Origin: Paraspadella gotoi
Taxonomy: Eukaryota; Animalia; Chaetognatha
Direction of reading: 5' to 3'
Assembly (NCBI GenBank): GCA_051294375.1
Contig: CM119264.1
Coordinates: 3,604,689-3,668,664 of the forward strand
DNA: 63,976 nucleotides
In this document: positions 1 through 13,015 of the stretch, piece by piece
How the letters are laid out: each line of letters starts with the position of its first letter
Position numbering within the stretch: the first letter of the stretch is position 1
Position numbers and translations under genes: made by a program
Notes under the pieces: generated by a model
What the model saw: only the letters and a program-made list of their open reading frames with translations
What the model was told of the DNA's origin: nothing
The model's database searches: none

Positions 1-17
1 AAAACTATTTTTTTCAG

Positions 18-692
18 ATGGACGTTGATCCAAGTTCTCCTTACCCAGAAGAAGGAGAGGACAACGCAGGTGAATAGTTAACGTGAAAATGTGTAAAAAT
101 GATTCGTATAAATTGTATATTTGGAGCACCTGAACGTTTTTATTATTTATTATATTTTATTTATACGATATAACTTTGTTAAGTGTCATCTCATGCACCG
201 AGTAGTTTGATATAGAAAAACATCGATTTGGGAAACAGTGCTAATTAAAATAAAATTAGCACTGTTTCCCAAATCGATGTTTTTCTATATAACTTTGTAA
301 TAACGTTTTTTTTTTTCGCTCAGCTCGTTCGAACAGTCCCGCGATGGAGACAGATGAGCAGCCGGCGCACGCTGCCCCACAACACGTTCTCGGTCCGAGA
401 AATCAGTCCGAGGATCCTCACCTCACACCTGCCCAGATTCAGGTGATGAATTGTTATAAACTTTTGAAACTTACCTTTTTGTTCATATGAATATTACTTG
501 TCTCAGTCCTTTAAATATCCATATTTTCTCCGACAGGCTAAGGCGGAAGAGGCGCGCAAGTCGGCCGGGAACGAGAAAAAGATGTTCGTTCGGCGGAAGT
601 CGGAATTGCCGCACGACGTTGGGACGCTCAACGCCCTTGAGGGACACAAGCGCGCCGACGAGTACATGGCCACCACTCTGGAGTCCAGCTGA
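18..692 (+). CDS. PPP2R5: 3' exons of PP2A regulatory subunit B56 (gamma/delta-like); exons 18-69, 324-442, 537-692; gene begins upstream of window
   Basis: GT-AG exons join in frame. Last exon encodes RRKSELPHDVGTLNALEGHKRADEYM, which matches the recalled B56 delta/gamma C-terminal motif RRKSELPQD...ALEAHKRAE with the RRKS PKA site. Confidence 0.85.
210..290. repeat. Perfect 37-bp inverted repeat with 7-nt loop in a B56 intron
   Basis: atatagaaaaacatcgatttgggaaacagtgctaatt (210-246) is the exact reverse complement of 254-290. Confidence 0.95.
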
Positions 693-1922
693 GAGGCCCT
701 TTCTCAACCCGACGCTTTCGCTTTTTTATTATATTCAAACGTTTTTCGCGTTGAATGAAGTTTTAATTTTTTCGTTCTCTCAGAAAAATAGTGTGGTTTT
801 TTTTCGGAGTAGTTAGGAAGAAACAGTGATACATTTTATACGTATACACATGTGAAAAAAATATCAAATTCCTAGGTTTTATTGGTGGGTTTGAGGGCGG
901 GAAGACTTACCCTTTTTTGGTCGCTTTGGTGTTACATTCCAATTGATTGATTTTAATTATTTTGTAAACCAATTACGCTTTATTCCTGGAAAAAAAAAAG
1001 AGAGCGCCTGGTATTGAGTTATTGGGTGAAATTGGCCTTTTTCAGTGATTTTTTTTCATTTTCTTTTTCAAAGTGTAATTTTGGTTTGCCTTTTATGTGA
1101 GCTAATTGGCATTGCATTTCAACCCTTCATGGTTAATGACATACTGGAAAAAAAAGACAATGACGCCTGCTGCCGTCCCTGATAAGTTCTTGAAAAAAGG
1201 TTTATCCAAACAGCGATTCTATGGAACACTTCAACAGACTTTATAAGACTCCCCTAAACCTAAATTTCTAACACTGTCTTATGTTATAATGGCGTTTTCA
1301 CATTTTTTCGACCGACCAACCACGGTTCCATTCCATACTTTGACCCGCTTTTTAATATTATTCCTCACAATCTTAACTGTTTGCGAAATATATATTCTCA
1401 ACACCAGGCTCGTTGCTTCTTACAAAAGCGCAAGGCTAGTTTAAATTGAGTTTTGTAATTAACATGTAGATAAAAATACCTGTAAATATTGATCAAGTTG
1501 TGATTTATTGACTCGTTTGCACAATTTGCCTATTGCATAGTTTTAAATAAGTATTAGATTGAGTTAATAGTAAGTAAACTATGGTAATTCTTGTTGTGAA
1601 ACTTCCGTTTTGATTTTATATTCAAGTTGATGAATTGATTTATCTCATGGAGATAAAATCGCTTACTTCATGGAATAATTCGTGCACATATTTGTAAATT
1701 AGCCGATAGTTCTCCGAATAACTAGTCAGTAAATCATGTCTGTAGTGCTTTATTGATATGACGTAAATATCAAATATGAATGTTAATTTGTAAAACAAAG
1801 AAGCTAATGATTCCGTGAAATAAATACGATTAAAAAAAAACGATTGGGGAAATTTTTTTTATAGAGTAAGCCCCTGAATGTGTGTTTGTCGTTACTACCC
1901 TGTGAAACTTTATCACCATACT

Positions 1923-2812
1923 ATGTCTATGATTGCTTTATCTCTTGTAATTGGTCGACCATCTTTGGGTACTTTGTCACGTCATAATACATTTAAATTA
2001 CCTGATTTAATTCAGCATTTCAGATTTCATTAGAAATTCTTTTTTAAACCGCGTAAAACGAAAAAAGCTCCGCCAGAAGGTAATTTCATTGATTCGCTTG
2101 GATCCGCGTATTTTAAATTTTAAGGAAAGGAATTTTAGATTTTTTAAATTACCCTACAGCCACGAACTATGAAAAGATGGCCGGGACGCAGGGGCAGAAT
2201 GGTTAAATGGCGCACCCCTTTGGGAAGGAAACTTTCGTATCTAATCTACGGCTCATACGCTTTTATTGGATGGAACCTTCTACCCTACATATTTTATCGC
2301 TCCAGGAAAAGCTCCTACGAGGTCAGCAGCGAGAAACCGAACTTCTATTTAGTTTTTTAATAAAAAGTAATTTATTGTCGCGTCTTTTTTTTTTTTCCGA
2401 AGAAAGAATACTTGGAAGGAAAACGCACAAAATCTTTTGACTCGATAAGCAGTATTGAGCAATACTTTTACCTCTTCGGTTGGCATCTGGAAAACGTTAA
2501 AAGAACTAAGTTGACCGTGAGGGATTACTCGGTAGAGCTGCGCGAGTTGGAGACGGAGACCGAAAAGGTGTTCGCTTATCAGTTATAATTGGCTATAATA
2601 TGTTAAAAGTTATGGATTTTTAACCTAAACTTGTTTTTATTCAGGTCAAACTTCTCCACGATCATCCGGAGGCCTATTTGCAACAATTCGACTATCAAGA
2701 GAAACAGGATAAGATCGCGAAGATCCTTGAAAGAGTGAAAGGCGATACCTACGTGACGCCCGTCTATCCCGGACAGAAATACTACTTTCCCGCCAATTCC
2801 CTCTTTTATTAA
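1923..2812 (+). CDS. Small single-pass membrane protein of unknown function (basic N-terminus, possibly mitochondrial); exons ~1923-1968, 2024-2079, 2160-2321, 2403-2567, 2645-2812
   Basis: GT-AG exons splice in frame to ~200 aa with a hydrophobic segment LSYLIYGSYAFIGWNLLPYIFY and stop TAA at 2810-2812. The first exon is uncertain. Confidence 0.7.
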
Positions 2813-2820
2813 CTTTCCAG
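2813..2820 (+). promoter_or_regulatory. Unpaired 3' splice acceptor (candidate trans-splice site) upstream of VPS25
   Basis: TAA-ctttccAG-cgcagagcacaATG: the acceptor lies 8 nt after the upstream stop and 11 nt before the VPS25 ATG, leaving no room for a promoter. Confidence 0.55.
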
Positions 2821-2831
2821 CGCAGAGCACA

Positions 2832-3685
2832 ATGGCCGACGCGCAGTTTCAGTGGCCCTGGCAGTACAGTTTTCCGCCTTTTTTTACTTTGCAAGTACGT
2901 CTCATCATTCGCGATCGTCGAAAAATAATTTAATTTTTTGTGCGATAATGATTTTACAGTATAAGCCTAGTATTTTTCGTCATAGTAGCACATAATTTTC
3001 TTTTCATTTTCGATGAATTAAAAAAAATCTTCTTCGATATGAATCTGACTTTTTTTTTCTTCAAAGCCCAACGCCGACACTCGTCAGAAACAGGTGGAAG
3101 CGTGGTGCGCCCTCGTTCTTGCCTTTTGCCGTCACCATCGTATCTTCGTCTTGGATCTTCCCGCGGCTCAGTCCGACAAACTCGCTCTCTTTAACAATCA
3201 AGGTAAGTTCCTTCAAAAAACAGAGATCGATTTTCTTCTCCGTCTCACGATCACCCGCTCAGAGATCAAGCGTCAATTGTCGACGGAAGCCCTGAAGGCT
3301 GTGTTCGATCAACTCCACCAACTCGGCCAGTGCGAGTGGATCGATCGCAAGACCAAGAACTCCTGCCTTGTCTACTGGAAGACGCCGTCCGAGTGGGGCA
3401 ACCTTCTTTACAACTGGTCGCAGAGCATCGGCAACACCAACACGGTCTGCACCATGTTCGAGTTGAAGGAGGGAGACGACGTCGTGGGTCAGTTGGAAGA
3501 AGGACGCGATGCTCTTTTTTTCGCGGGAGTAAACACTCTTTCCCTTGTATTTTCTGACAGGGGAGGAGTTCGCGGGGATCGACGATCGAGTCTTGGTCAA
3601 AGCCTTGCAGTGTCTAGAAAAAGAAAGAAAAGCGGAGATCATGAAGGACGAAAACGATGACATTCAGGGCGTAAAATTCTTTTAA
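2832..3685 (+). CDS. VPS25: ESCRT-II subunit VPS25; exons 2832-2894, 3067-3202, 3263-3487, 3561-3685
   Basis: Spliced product MADAQFQWPWQYSFPPFFTLQPNADTRQKQVEAWC...VYWKTPSEWG...VCTMFEL...GVKFF* carries the hallmark VPS25 motifs, and exon phases are consistent. Confidence 0.95.
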
Positions 3686-4085
3686 CTATTTTTTGGTTTT
3701 ATTATTGTCGCGATACTCTGGTGAAGTTAAGCTGTTATTATTAAAAACACTTTCTCTATTTTTTTGTGGAAAAAATTTTTTTTTAATAAGTTAGGATTGG
3801 AGATTGCCTGTTTAAAAGTATACCAGATACAGTTAGTTTTGCCTAATGGCTTAAATCTACCTAATGTCTAGAATTAGATACCATAATATTCATTAGTAAA
3901 TACGAGATTATTTTGTTTAATGTTTTCGCCTTCTTTGACATTTGACATTTTTTGCTTCCCACGTTGGACTTTCCTTCCTAGAAGCAAAATTAGAATGTTT
4001 GTTATTTCTCTTCAAAGCCCAATCAATCAGAATGCAGACGATCGGATTTTTATCGGTAATCCGATCAGACGCTGATTTCGCCCAG

Positions 4086-6667
4086 CGAGCGTCTACAACG
4101 TTTACTACACAGTCCCAGAGGGCGGACGAGTCGTCCTCGAATGCCGCCACAACAAAGTCGATCCGCGTCAAATTCTCTGGATCAAAGGGAAACTGGGAAT
4201 CCTCAGCATCGATGGGGAAGACTGGTTCCACTTCGCCAACATCCTCGACGGAAAGCTCAAAGATGCCTACCGACTCGAGGCCACCGACAGATCCTCCTTT
4301 CTCGTCATCGACTCGGCCGCGTTGGACAACCTGGAGAAGACTCACCCGACCGTTTACAAGTGCCTCGTCGACATCGTCTTTGAGCGGAAGTTCGAAGTTT
4401 CAGTCGTCAAACGCGATCTCGACTGCGTCTCGATCGGCGTCGATTTTGGCCGCCATCTGACGGTCGGGTCCCGCCTTCGCATCGATTGCTCCATCACCAA
4501 AGATCGTAGTCCCTCTGGTCGAGTTCGGTTCATGCTTTACGTCGGCGACGAATGGAAAGGAAACGTCACCGTCAAAGGTCTGGACATCTACCTCCTAAGG
4601 ACCACGACGGCTCGAGCTTCGTTTGATCTGACGCTCGAGGAAAGATTCCAAGGAAAAAGCGTTAGGGTGGAGATAGAGACGGCTTTTCAAGATAAGAACA
4701 TTCAGTTCCATTTGGCGGAGAAATTGAGACTCACCTACGGAATTGAGATAGATTGTCCGAGGACACAGAGCTTTGTCCTCGGTTCGACGAGATCTCCGGG
4801 TTGTTCTCTCCGCGCCGGAGCTCCGATCCAGGCTTCGCGGTTTTCTTGGCATCACCGGGACTCGACGTGGACGCCGGAGATGGAGGCCGTTGACGGTGAA
4901 ATCGAGGCGACCGAAAGATCGGTTCCCGGCAATTACAGTTACGTTTTGAAGATCTCGAGAAATGTCGTGGATAATTTTACAAAATGCCATGGCGAAACCG
5001 TCTGGCTCGAGGCGATCGACGTAGAAAAGACGTTTAACGAAACTACAATGCTTACAGTCTATCAGCCGCCGATGTTGCGATGTCCGGAGTTAAAAGATCG
5101 TTTTCTCGAAATCGATTCGGCCGCAACTTTATCTTTCAACTGCTCGATCTTTTCCTGTCCTTTGCCGTTCATTGATCGCGCGATCTTCGACGAGACTCTC
5201 CGCGTCCTTCGTCCGGTCGTCCGCATTCAAAATCGAACGGAATTCGAGTTGTCGATCGAGATTTCCTTCGAGGCCGACCTGCCCTTCGGCGCCGAAGAAG
5301 CCAAGGCCTTCGCCGGGTCTTTTCCGCTCGCTGCGCCTTTACGCGGCGCCACGGGATGGAGGGGAAGATCGTACGGGCGCACGGAAAAAGGAAATCGAGA
5401 AAGACGTGAAGCGGGTTCCGACGACGAAGGGAACGAATCCTTGGTAGAAAAGAACGACGAAGAAAACGACAACGACACGCTGGAAAAGATCGCCAAGATG
5501 ATCAACGAATCCTCGTCCTTTACTTCCGACGACGCCGTATCTGATTTCGAATTCGTCGATAACTCTCCGGAGTTTACAGAGACGGAAGATGAAGACGAGA
5601 TAGACAACGAATTCCTTGTCGAATACGTCTCGTTTTCCAACTTGTCACTTGACGCGGATCGAATCGCAACGGCGATCAAGATAGAATCCTACTACGCCGC
5701 GCCGTCTTTCGGCGAGCGGGTCGTCTTGGACATGCCCCCGATGGACATTCGATTCGGTCCCGCGGGATTGACCTGCGACGCCAAAGTCCGCGTTCGCTCC
5801 GTCCCTTTCCTCTTTTACTGCCGAATCGTTTCCATCCCGGCGTTGGATTTGAAACTCGTGTCCGTCTCGTCTCGGTCCTCGGATCACGCCGAGCGCATTT
5901 ACGGGACCGTCACGGCCGTTGGCGGGTTGAGCTTCACCGAGGGATTTCACGTTCGCGTGGAAGAGGACGATCCGTTTCCAGCGTCGAAGGAGACGCTCAT
6001 AGTGGGCGTGGTGGGCGCCGGGGAATTCGAGGTGATGGTCGAGTATCAGGCGCTGGTTGTCGCTCCCGAAGGTTCAGTCTCTTCGACGAAGGGTTACGGC
6101 ATCGGCGGCGATCCGGAAACAATGGAAATCGGAAAGCAAGGTTTATCGAGGGATAATCGCAAACCCGGTAGCTCCGTCGGTTGGCGAAGCGTTACCGACA
6201 ACGTCTGGTTTTATCCCGTTTTGTCGGTTCTTATCGGCGTCATCGTCCTCACTCTCGGCATCGGCGTCTTCGTCCTCGCGCGTCGAAACGCTCGAGAGTC
6301 ACGTGACGAGCCTCGCATGACAACGCGGGTCGTCAACCCCGACGACGACGACGAGGGTTACAGCGCGCGTCACAACAGCTTCGCCTCGGGCGAGTTTTGG
6401 TCGGGGATCGAAGGCGAGGAAGACGTCAAGACGCGCGATTCGGACGAAGTCTCCCTGGGCGGCGCCGTCGTCGTCGAACGCGCCCTGGTCGAACCAACGC
6501 CCCAGTTGCCCGGTAGTCCTGACCTCGAGGTCTTGATGGTTCCCGAACATCCGCCAGCCGGGATCGATAAGATCAACTCCGTCAAAGCCATGCAGACTTT
6601 TTCCAAGAACATTTTAGCGACGTCGCCGCGGAAATCCGGGAAAGTCACAACAAGCGTGAATACGTGA
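4086..6667 (+). CDS. Type I membrane protein with N-terminal Ig-like domain(s); one long exon, 5' (signal peptide) exon not resolved
   Basis: The frame of ORF 4322-6667 is open from the acceptor at 4085. VPEGGRVVLEC...ILW...LVIDS...VYKC is an Ig-type C-W-YxC pattern. TM segment WFYPVLSVLIGVIVLTLGIGVFVLA-RR, then an acidic cytoplasmic tail. Confidence 0.7.
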
Positions 6668-7091
6668 TTTGTGAGAATGTTTTGGAGAGACGATTCGACT
6701 TGATTGATGAGATTGTCAGTTCGGTTACGTGGATTTTATGATGAACTCGTTGTGATGTTTATCGACCACTTTTCGACTCGGCCGTCGAAATACTTTTTTC
6801 GTCCTTTCGAAAAATATTTTCATGGCTCAGCTTTTCTAATTTTACTCGTAATATTTTACTTGATGCTCACGTTGAAGTTTTTAAGCTTCTGCGATAATTA
6901 TAAATTGGAAATTGTAAAAAAAAAAAATATCTTCGGCTAGCTGAGTTTTTTCCATGCTTGAGAAACATTGTACTAAGTGATGTTCAAATTTATATTATTT
7001 TAACCATCGTTAAACCACAATTTTTTTTTGTTCCATTTTATAGTTCTTTCGTCCAGACCTTTATCAAACTTTTATATGTAACTTTATCTCG

Positions 7092-8703
7092 ATGTCTCAC
7101 CTCGTCCCCACGGTGCCTCCATCGATCGAGCCGTCTTTCACAGTTCCGTCCACTTCCGTCTCGTGGATCTTCGTCTCAGCCGCAGATGGCGTCGCCGTCC
7201 GAGGATGCCTCTCGGCGACGGACGAATCGTCACCCGGCGCCGTCGTCGATCGTCGCGACGCCGGCGTCGACGGCGCCGTTCTGGTCGGACGGGTTTATCA
7301 CACCGCCGCCTCTTACGTTTTCGAGGAGTCGCCATTCACTCTGATTCCTGGCTCCGTCGTCGGTGAAAGGTTGGAACGAAGATTGGCAACGATGGGCAAA
7401 GAATCGTTTAAGAGGTTGCAATGACTCTTTTAATTTTATTTCTCTTTTCCCAGTCTAATCTCCATTCCATGGGGCCTCTCCGAGTACAAGTACGACAGTT
7501 TCGAGCTCCTGGCCGTGTCTCCGGAAAGACCGGACGGAACTCATTGGAGACGCTGTCGGAACGGCGCCGTCCCGAAATTTGCCGTGAAGGGAGGATTGAG
7601 CGAAGGTGCGCCCTCGAGTTTAAATAATATTATAAGTATTCCCCGATCTAATACTTAATTGATAGGGAAGCCAGGTACTGAATAAACGAGGTAGTGAATA
7701 AACGAGACTGTGAGAGTCTTGATTGAAAGCTTGCATGGACCTGCTATGTCATTATCTTGTAAGAGTGGTGGAGGCCTTAAACCACCAAAGCCTGTCCAAA
7801 GTCAGGGGCAAGATAGCTTATTTATTAAATGAATGGATAATTTGTATATTGGTTGGACTAATTCCCGAAGTCCCGTGATTGAGTTGCCGTCTCATGTGGA
7901 CGGAGTTGCTTGGCTTTGTTCCCTGATCTCTCTTTTTTTTATTTACCTTTTTTGTTCACGTTTATTGTTGACATAAGATATTTTTGCAACCATTCCCGCT
8001 ATTATTTGTTTGCTCTGTTTTCTTTTCAGAAAAAAAAAAATTCATATTGATTTTATGTATAAAAATACATTTTGTCACATTTCTTACTTTTAGACGGGGA
8101 ACTTCTCTTCATCGGTCGCAACGTGGATTCGCTCGTCGACGGTCGGACGAGATACGGCGAGCGCTTTCCCGCTCAATCGCCCCCCAAGCGTCTCGTCGGA
8201 AAGGTACAGCCTTCCCACGGTCGTCTTTACGTCGCCTTCAGAGGCAGCGAATATTTCTACAACGACTACGAAGTGTTGACGCTCAATCAGTCGCCAACCT
8301 CTTTGCAGGTCTGTCAGGGAGTTTTGTCGGGGATAGTTTGATACATTGTAAGAATTATGTCGTTACGAATTAGCTCTTCTGCCGCAATTCGATATTGCGC
8401 TCTTGCGGGTCGAGTCTCCACGTCGACCTTCTACCTCTTCCCGACAAACTGAAAAGCCTCTTACTTTCGCCACCGCAAATCGATGACGAGCAAATTCCCG
8501 AGGACGCGTTTCCCTCGCTCTTGGATCTCGTCGAGATAAACGCCATCTTGGAACGCAACCCCTCGGACGACCATGATCAGACATCTTCATCCTCCTCTTC
8601 CTCATCTCCTTCGTCTCCCTCGTCTCCGCGAGCGAACGAAGACTCGTTAGACGCTGGCTGGAATTCGCAGTTGTTTCCCTCCCTTCCCCGAAATCTCGAT
8701 TAA
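7092..8703 (+). CDS. DM9 (DUF3421) repeat protein with SOCS box; exons 7092-7369, 7454-7605, 8094-8308, 8374-8703
   Basis: DM9 motifs: W..NGAVPKFAVKGG..DGELLFIGR, VGKVQPSHGRLYVAFRGSEY.YNDYEVL. These are followed by SPTSLQLFCRNSILR...VDLLPLPDKLKSLL (BC box plus cullin box). Exon phases are consistent. Confidence 0.8.
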
Positions 8704-9168
8704 AGGGTTTTGGTCCAAAACTTGGGATAACTCACGATGATCAACCCACGAACGTTTAAGAAAAAAAGCTTTACTTATCATCGACGAATCACAACAACAA
8801 CGGACTCGAGACATCTGTATCGTCCTACTTGTCATAAACTTCAATTAACAGCCACTCTACTAAGAATCTGGATCGCCGAAAGTTGGAAGGATGACGTCAA
8901 AAACAACGGCGAGGCGGCATCCATCTTTCGATCGCGCGCCCCCACCTCAAACGTTTACTTCTTATTAGACTAATATTTTATTTATACACTTCCGTAATAG
9001 ATAGTTGTTATTATTGTTACGTTCTACATTCTACACAATAAAATAAAATACTTAAAAATCCTGTACAATTTGGAAATTATGTTTACTGGCCCAATGGGTG
9101 AAGCAAGAGACAGGAATTTTGAGGTCAACAGAGACAAATAGCGTGAAAACAAATTAAGACACGAATAG

Positions 9169-9451
9169 TTACAAGCATTGATATAATTCCGCTTCCTCGC
9201 AATCGCTCTCTGTCACGTCGTTCGTCCCCTCCACCGGCGTTTCCGGCGGCTGCTCTCTCTTCTCGGTCGGCGTCGCCCGGGTCTCCGGCGATGTCTTTGG
9301 TTTCGCTGATTCCGGATTCGACTTCCCGGCGGCTGGGGCGCCAAGATCGTCGTCTCCCGGCAGCACCAGTTTTAACTCTGATTGGTGCTGCGGGAAAAGG
9401 TTGAAAGGCTGAAAATCAAAATTTAATGGGGGGGGTGTTAATTAGTTCAAA

Positions 9452-9498
<47 letters not shown>

Positions 9499-12400
9499 GG
9501 TATAATTAACTTGGGCCTTGCCTTCAAGGGTCGGTGACAATAAATACAGTGAGAAGTTTTAGACGGAAACGGAGACGACGACAACGAGAAGGGAGAAGAG
9601 GCCGTCGTGGGACTCGAGAACCGCTCGTTGTCTGCCGAAAATTGGAAATAATACAAATAATATTCGTTAATAAGCCGGAAAATAATTTCTAGAGGTTATA
9701 ACCAATATTAATTATTTTAATAACCTCCGTTTGATCGAGATTTGGCGTCGTCGTCGGCGGGGATGTCCCAGTTTAAATTGGAGGGCGTGAGAGACGGTGT
9801 CTGCGATGAGAATGTTTTAATGACAGAAGAAGCTATATGAAAGGATCGATTCATGGGGAAAATTCTAGAAATTCGTGATGATACAAGACGGCAAGACGGC
9901 GACGTATTATTTTCCTTTGTCATTCTGCTAGTGCATCGATAATAAATATTCTGATAAATTTTAATTAACACAATCTTTATCATTTGTCGCAAAACTTAAA
10001 ATTCCGATTCGAGAAAAGCAAATCCATTTGTACTTCATGCCGCTCCAGGTTCGTTAGCATTAGTTACTGTCAGTTAGTAACGACGAACTAACGATATTAA
10101 CGATACTACAAAATTCTTCACAGACCTGCTTTGCCACTAGTTACATTAAAAAGCGAAAAAGCAAATATATACGATTCCAATTTGCAAAAAAAAAAAAAAA
10201 AGCGTAGACAGAAAAACGGGCTACTTTAACAACTGACCGACCGACCGTCCAACCTGAGGTTTCGTTTGTGTGTGACGATCGCGGAACCGATCTCCGAACA
10301 CGGACTCGTACGCGGCGATGACGGAATGCACCCGCGTCCTGGCCACCGGGTCAACGGACGCCGAGAGTGAACCGGTGTCTGTCAAATAACGAATTCGGAT
10401 TGGGCTTCATTCCGAGTCGGGTTATTTTCCATCGGATGTCACGTGGCTAAAATCTTAAACGGACCTGGATGGGTTCCAACCGGCCGGCTACAGCGAGGGC
10501 ATGCGTTGGAGGCGGTAATAATTCTGATAAACGCGATAAAAAGCCCTTGCCGTTTTAGTTCGGTTTCTTTTTATTATTTTGTTTCTCCAACAAACCCAAA
10601 CAAACAAACAAATAAAAACTTTTCAAGGATACACGCCATAACATTACTCTTTCCATTATATCTCACCTGATTGGTTGATCTCTTTCATCCTCATCGTCGG
10701 ACGATTTGTCGTTGCGGTCTCCATGGCAACCGTCGTTGCTTGGCGAAGGGGGGCGTCCGGCAAGGGTGAGTCCCTTTTTGACGAAAAACGGAACTGGGAG
10801 CGGAACAGTGACGAACGGAAGGTGAACTTGTTGCGCGCCTTGTAAATAATCAATTATATCATCATTATTAAAATATTTTTTTTATGGAGTATGTGCGGGG
10901 AAAATTTTTAGAATTGGGACTTAACGACCATATAAGATACCGAATTTAAATAAAATTGAGTTAAAATATATATAAAAATGGTAACGCTCACCTTGCTCGA
11001 AATCGGAGGTTATATCCCAATAATATTGGCAATATATCTTAAATTCATACATTTTTTTTTAATCACTTAACGTGCGAATCACGACGTTCAAATAATATCA
11101 AACTGGGTGATCACGTGTTTATTATGAAGGGGTTACGTGATAATCGACTCGTATGACAGCACGGGGTGAAGAATTAATATGGGGCTAAAAAATGATTCAT
11201 TACTTCACCATCAGAGCTGGAGGTTCTTGAATTGGGCACAGTTGAAATCTGAACTGAAATTGTCTTCGGTAAAAACCGCGAAATAAAAAAATGATGTACA
11301 ACGAGAACTTCGTATTTTTTTTTATTAATCTTTGCTTTGCAAAAGGTTTTAGATAAATTCGAAAATAAAGTGCGCCAACTTTGTTCGCCTTTTGTTTTCC
11401 CTGTTCACCTTTGCTTGCGGAGTTGGGCTGCGACGATCGCGCCGCCGACGTCGAACCCGAGAAGCGATCCAAAAGGCCATGGGAGGAGAGCGAAGCGGCC
11501 AGCGTCGACCCGCGGCCCCTCGCTCCGTATCGAGGGCTCAAGAGGCCGCAGCTCTGAGAACGAGTCAATCTGTGGACGGGCAGAGCGAGATTAAGTTAAT
11601 ATAAATTCCTTTATTCTTTGAATGATCATATTATTACGCACTTGGTCAGCTCCAGTTCCTCGTTCAATTGTTTGTTTAACTTGGATATCAAGCCAGGATT
11701 AACTTCGAATTTCTTTGTTAACGCGTCTGAATGTGGAAAGTCAATAATAAATTATATTTAGACTCCAAAGAAACCTCTAAGAATAGCTGGTATTTGAACT
11801 TATCATTGGTAAGTAAATTGTTGAATGCAACATTCACCTGTGGAAGATTTGTTGTCAACATTCTCTTTTGGTTTTGTTGCGAGACTGTTGGAAAAATCTT
11901 CAGAAGGAGCGACGTCTCTCGCTGAGTCTGTATGTACAGTGGTGTAATATAATTTTCGAAATATTTAGATTGATTGGTGCTCACATTTTTCGTCCATTCG
12001 ATCTGAATCGTCCTCGGACTGAGAGTCTCGCTGCTCCATCTGCAATCTGGTTAATCGTTGCGGAGTCCTTCTCGGGACGTAGCCTGAGTCAACACCGTAC
12101 ATATTAGCTTTTAGACTTAAGGAGTCATAGTTTTATAACTAATCGATTGTCAGTTTAGTTTGACTTTTTTAAATATTATCAAAATAAACTTAAATATACT
12201 ACTTTTTAAACACGATATAAATGCCTTTCTGATTAGATCCACTTACCATTCGTGCTTTTCTGAACCATCCTACTGTAGGCCCCTTGTTTTTTGAGTGATC
12301 CTCCCTTGAACCCGATCTGAATCATCGCTGGCGTCTTTTCGGTCTCCTCCACGTCGCCTGTCCATTGAAAAGGCGTCAATCGAGTTATTAATATAATAAT

Positions 12401-12969
12401 AATAAATCTTAAACTGATACTAAAACTCACCATTTCCGATTCTCGAGTGTCGTTGAGCCCCCTTCGCCCTGAGGTAAGTCGTCGCCGCCGACTGCAGCCG
12501 CTTACTTCTCGGGGTCGCCGCCAGATGCTCCGTAGAAAATGCTGTTGATTTAACTTGCGGCGCCGACGCGGCGCTGACGGCGCTGGCAGCGCCCATTTTT
12601 GCTGAGATTTCTCCTGTCGAATGAAAAGAGACGTTCAATGCTGAAATTCCCGGATGTATTTATTTTTTTTCGGAAACGAGGCAAATGAAGTTTGATATTT
12701 TCTTTTTTTTCTTTTTTTCTTTTTTTCGGAAACGAGGCTTGACAAATGACGTTTGATATTTTCTTTTTTTTCCGTCGTCAATTTACTTTTCATTATTTCT
12801 TCGGTGACGTTCCACGCTCCTCCCTGACGTTGAATTGAGGCTGGAAATAAGTATTAATTACGTTTATACCGAAATGAGATTAATTACTGGAAATTTAGTT
12901 ACCCTTCGATTTAGGATGAATTCTTTGGATTTAGATATATTTTTTTCCTTCCCCTCTCCATATCAAAAC

Positions 12970-13015
<46 letters not shown>

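Noticed and set aside
12664-12770. ~55-bp tandem duplication in an intron (similar ~25-bp duplication at 14632-14685)
   Set aside because: Ordinary local slippage duplication.
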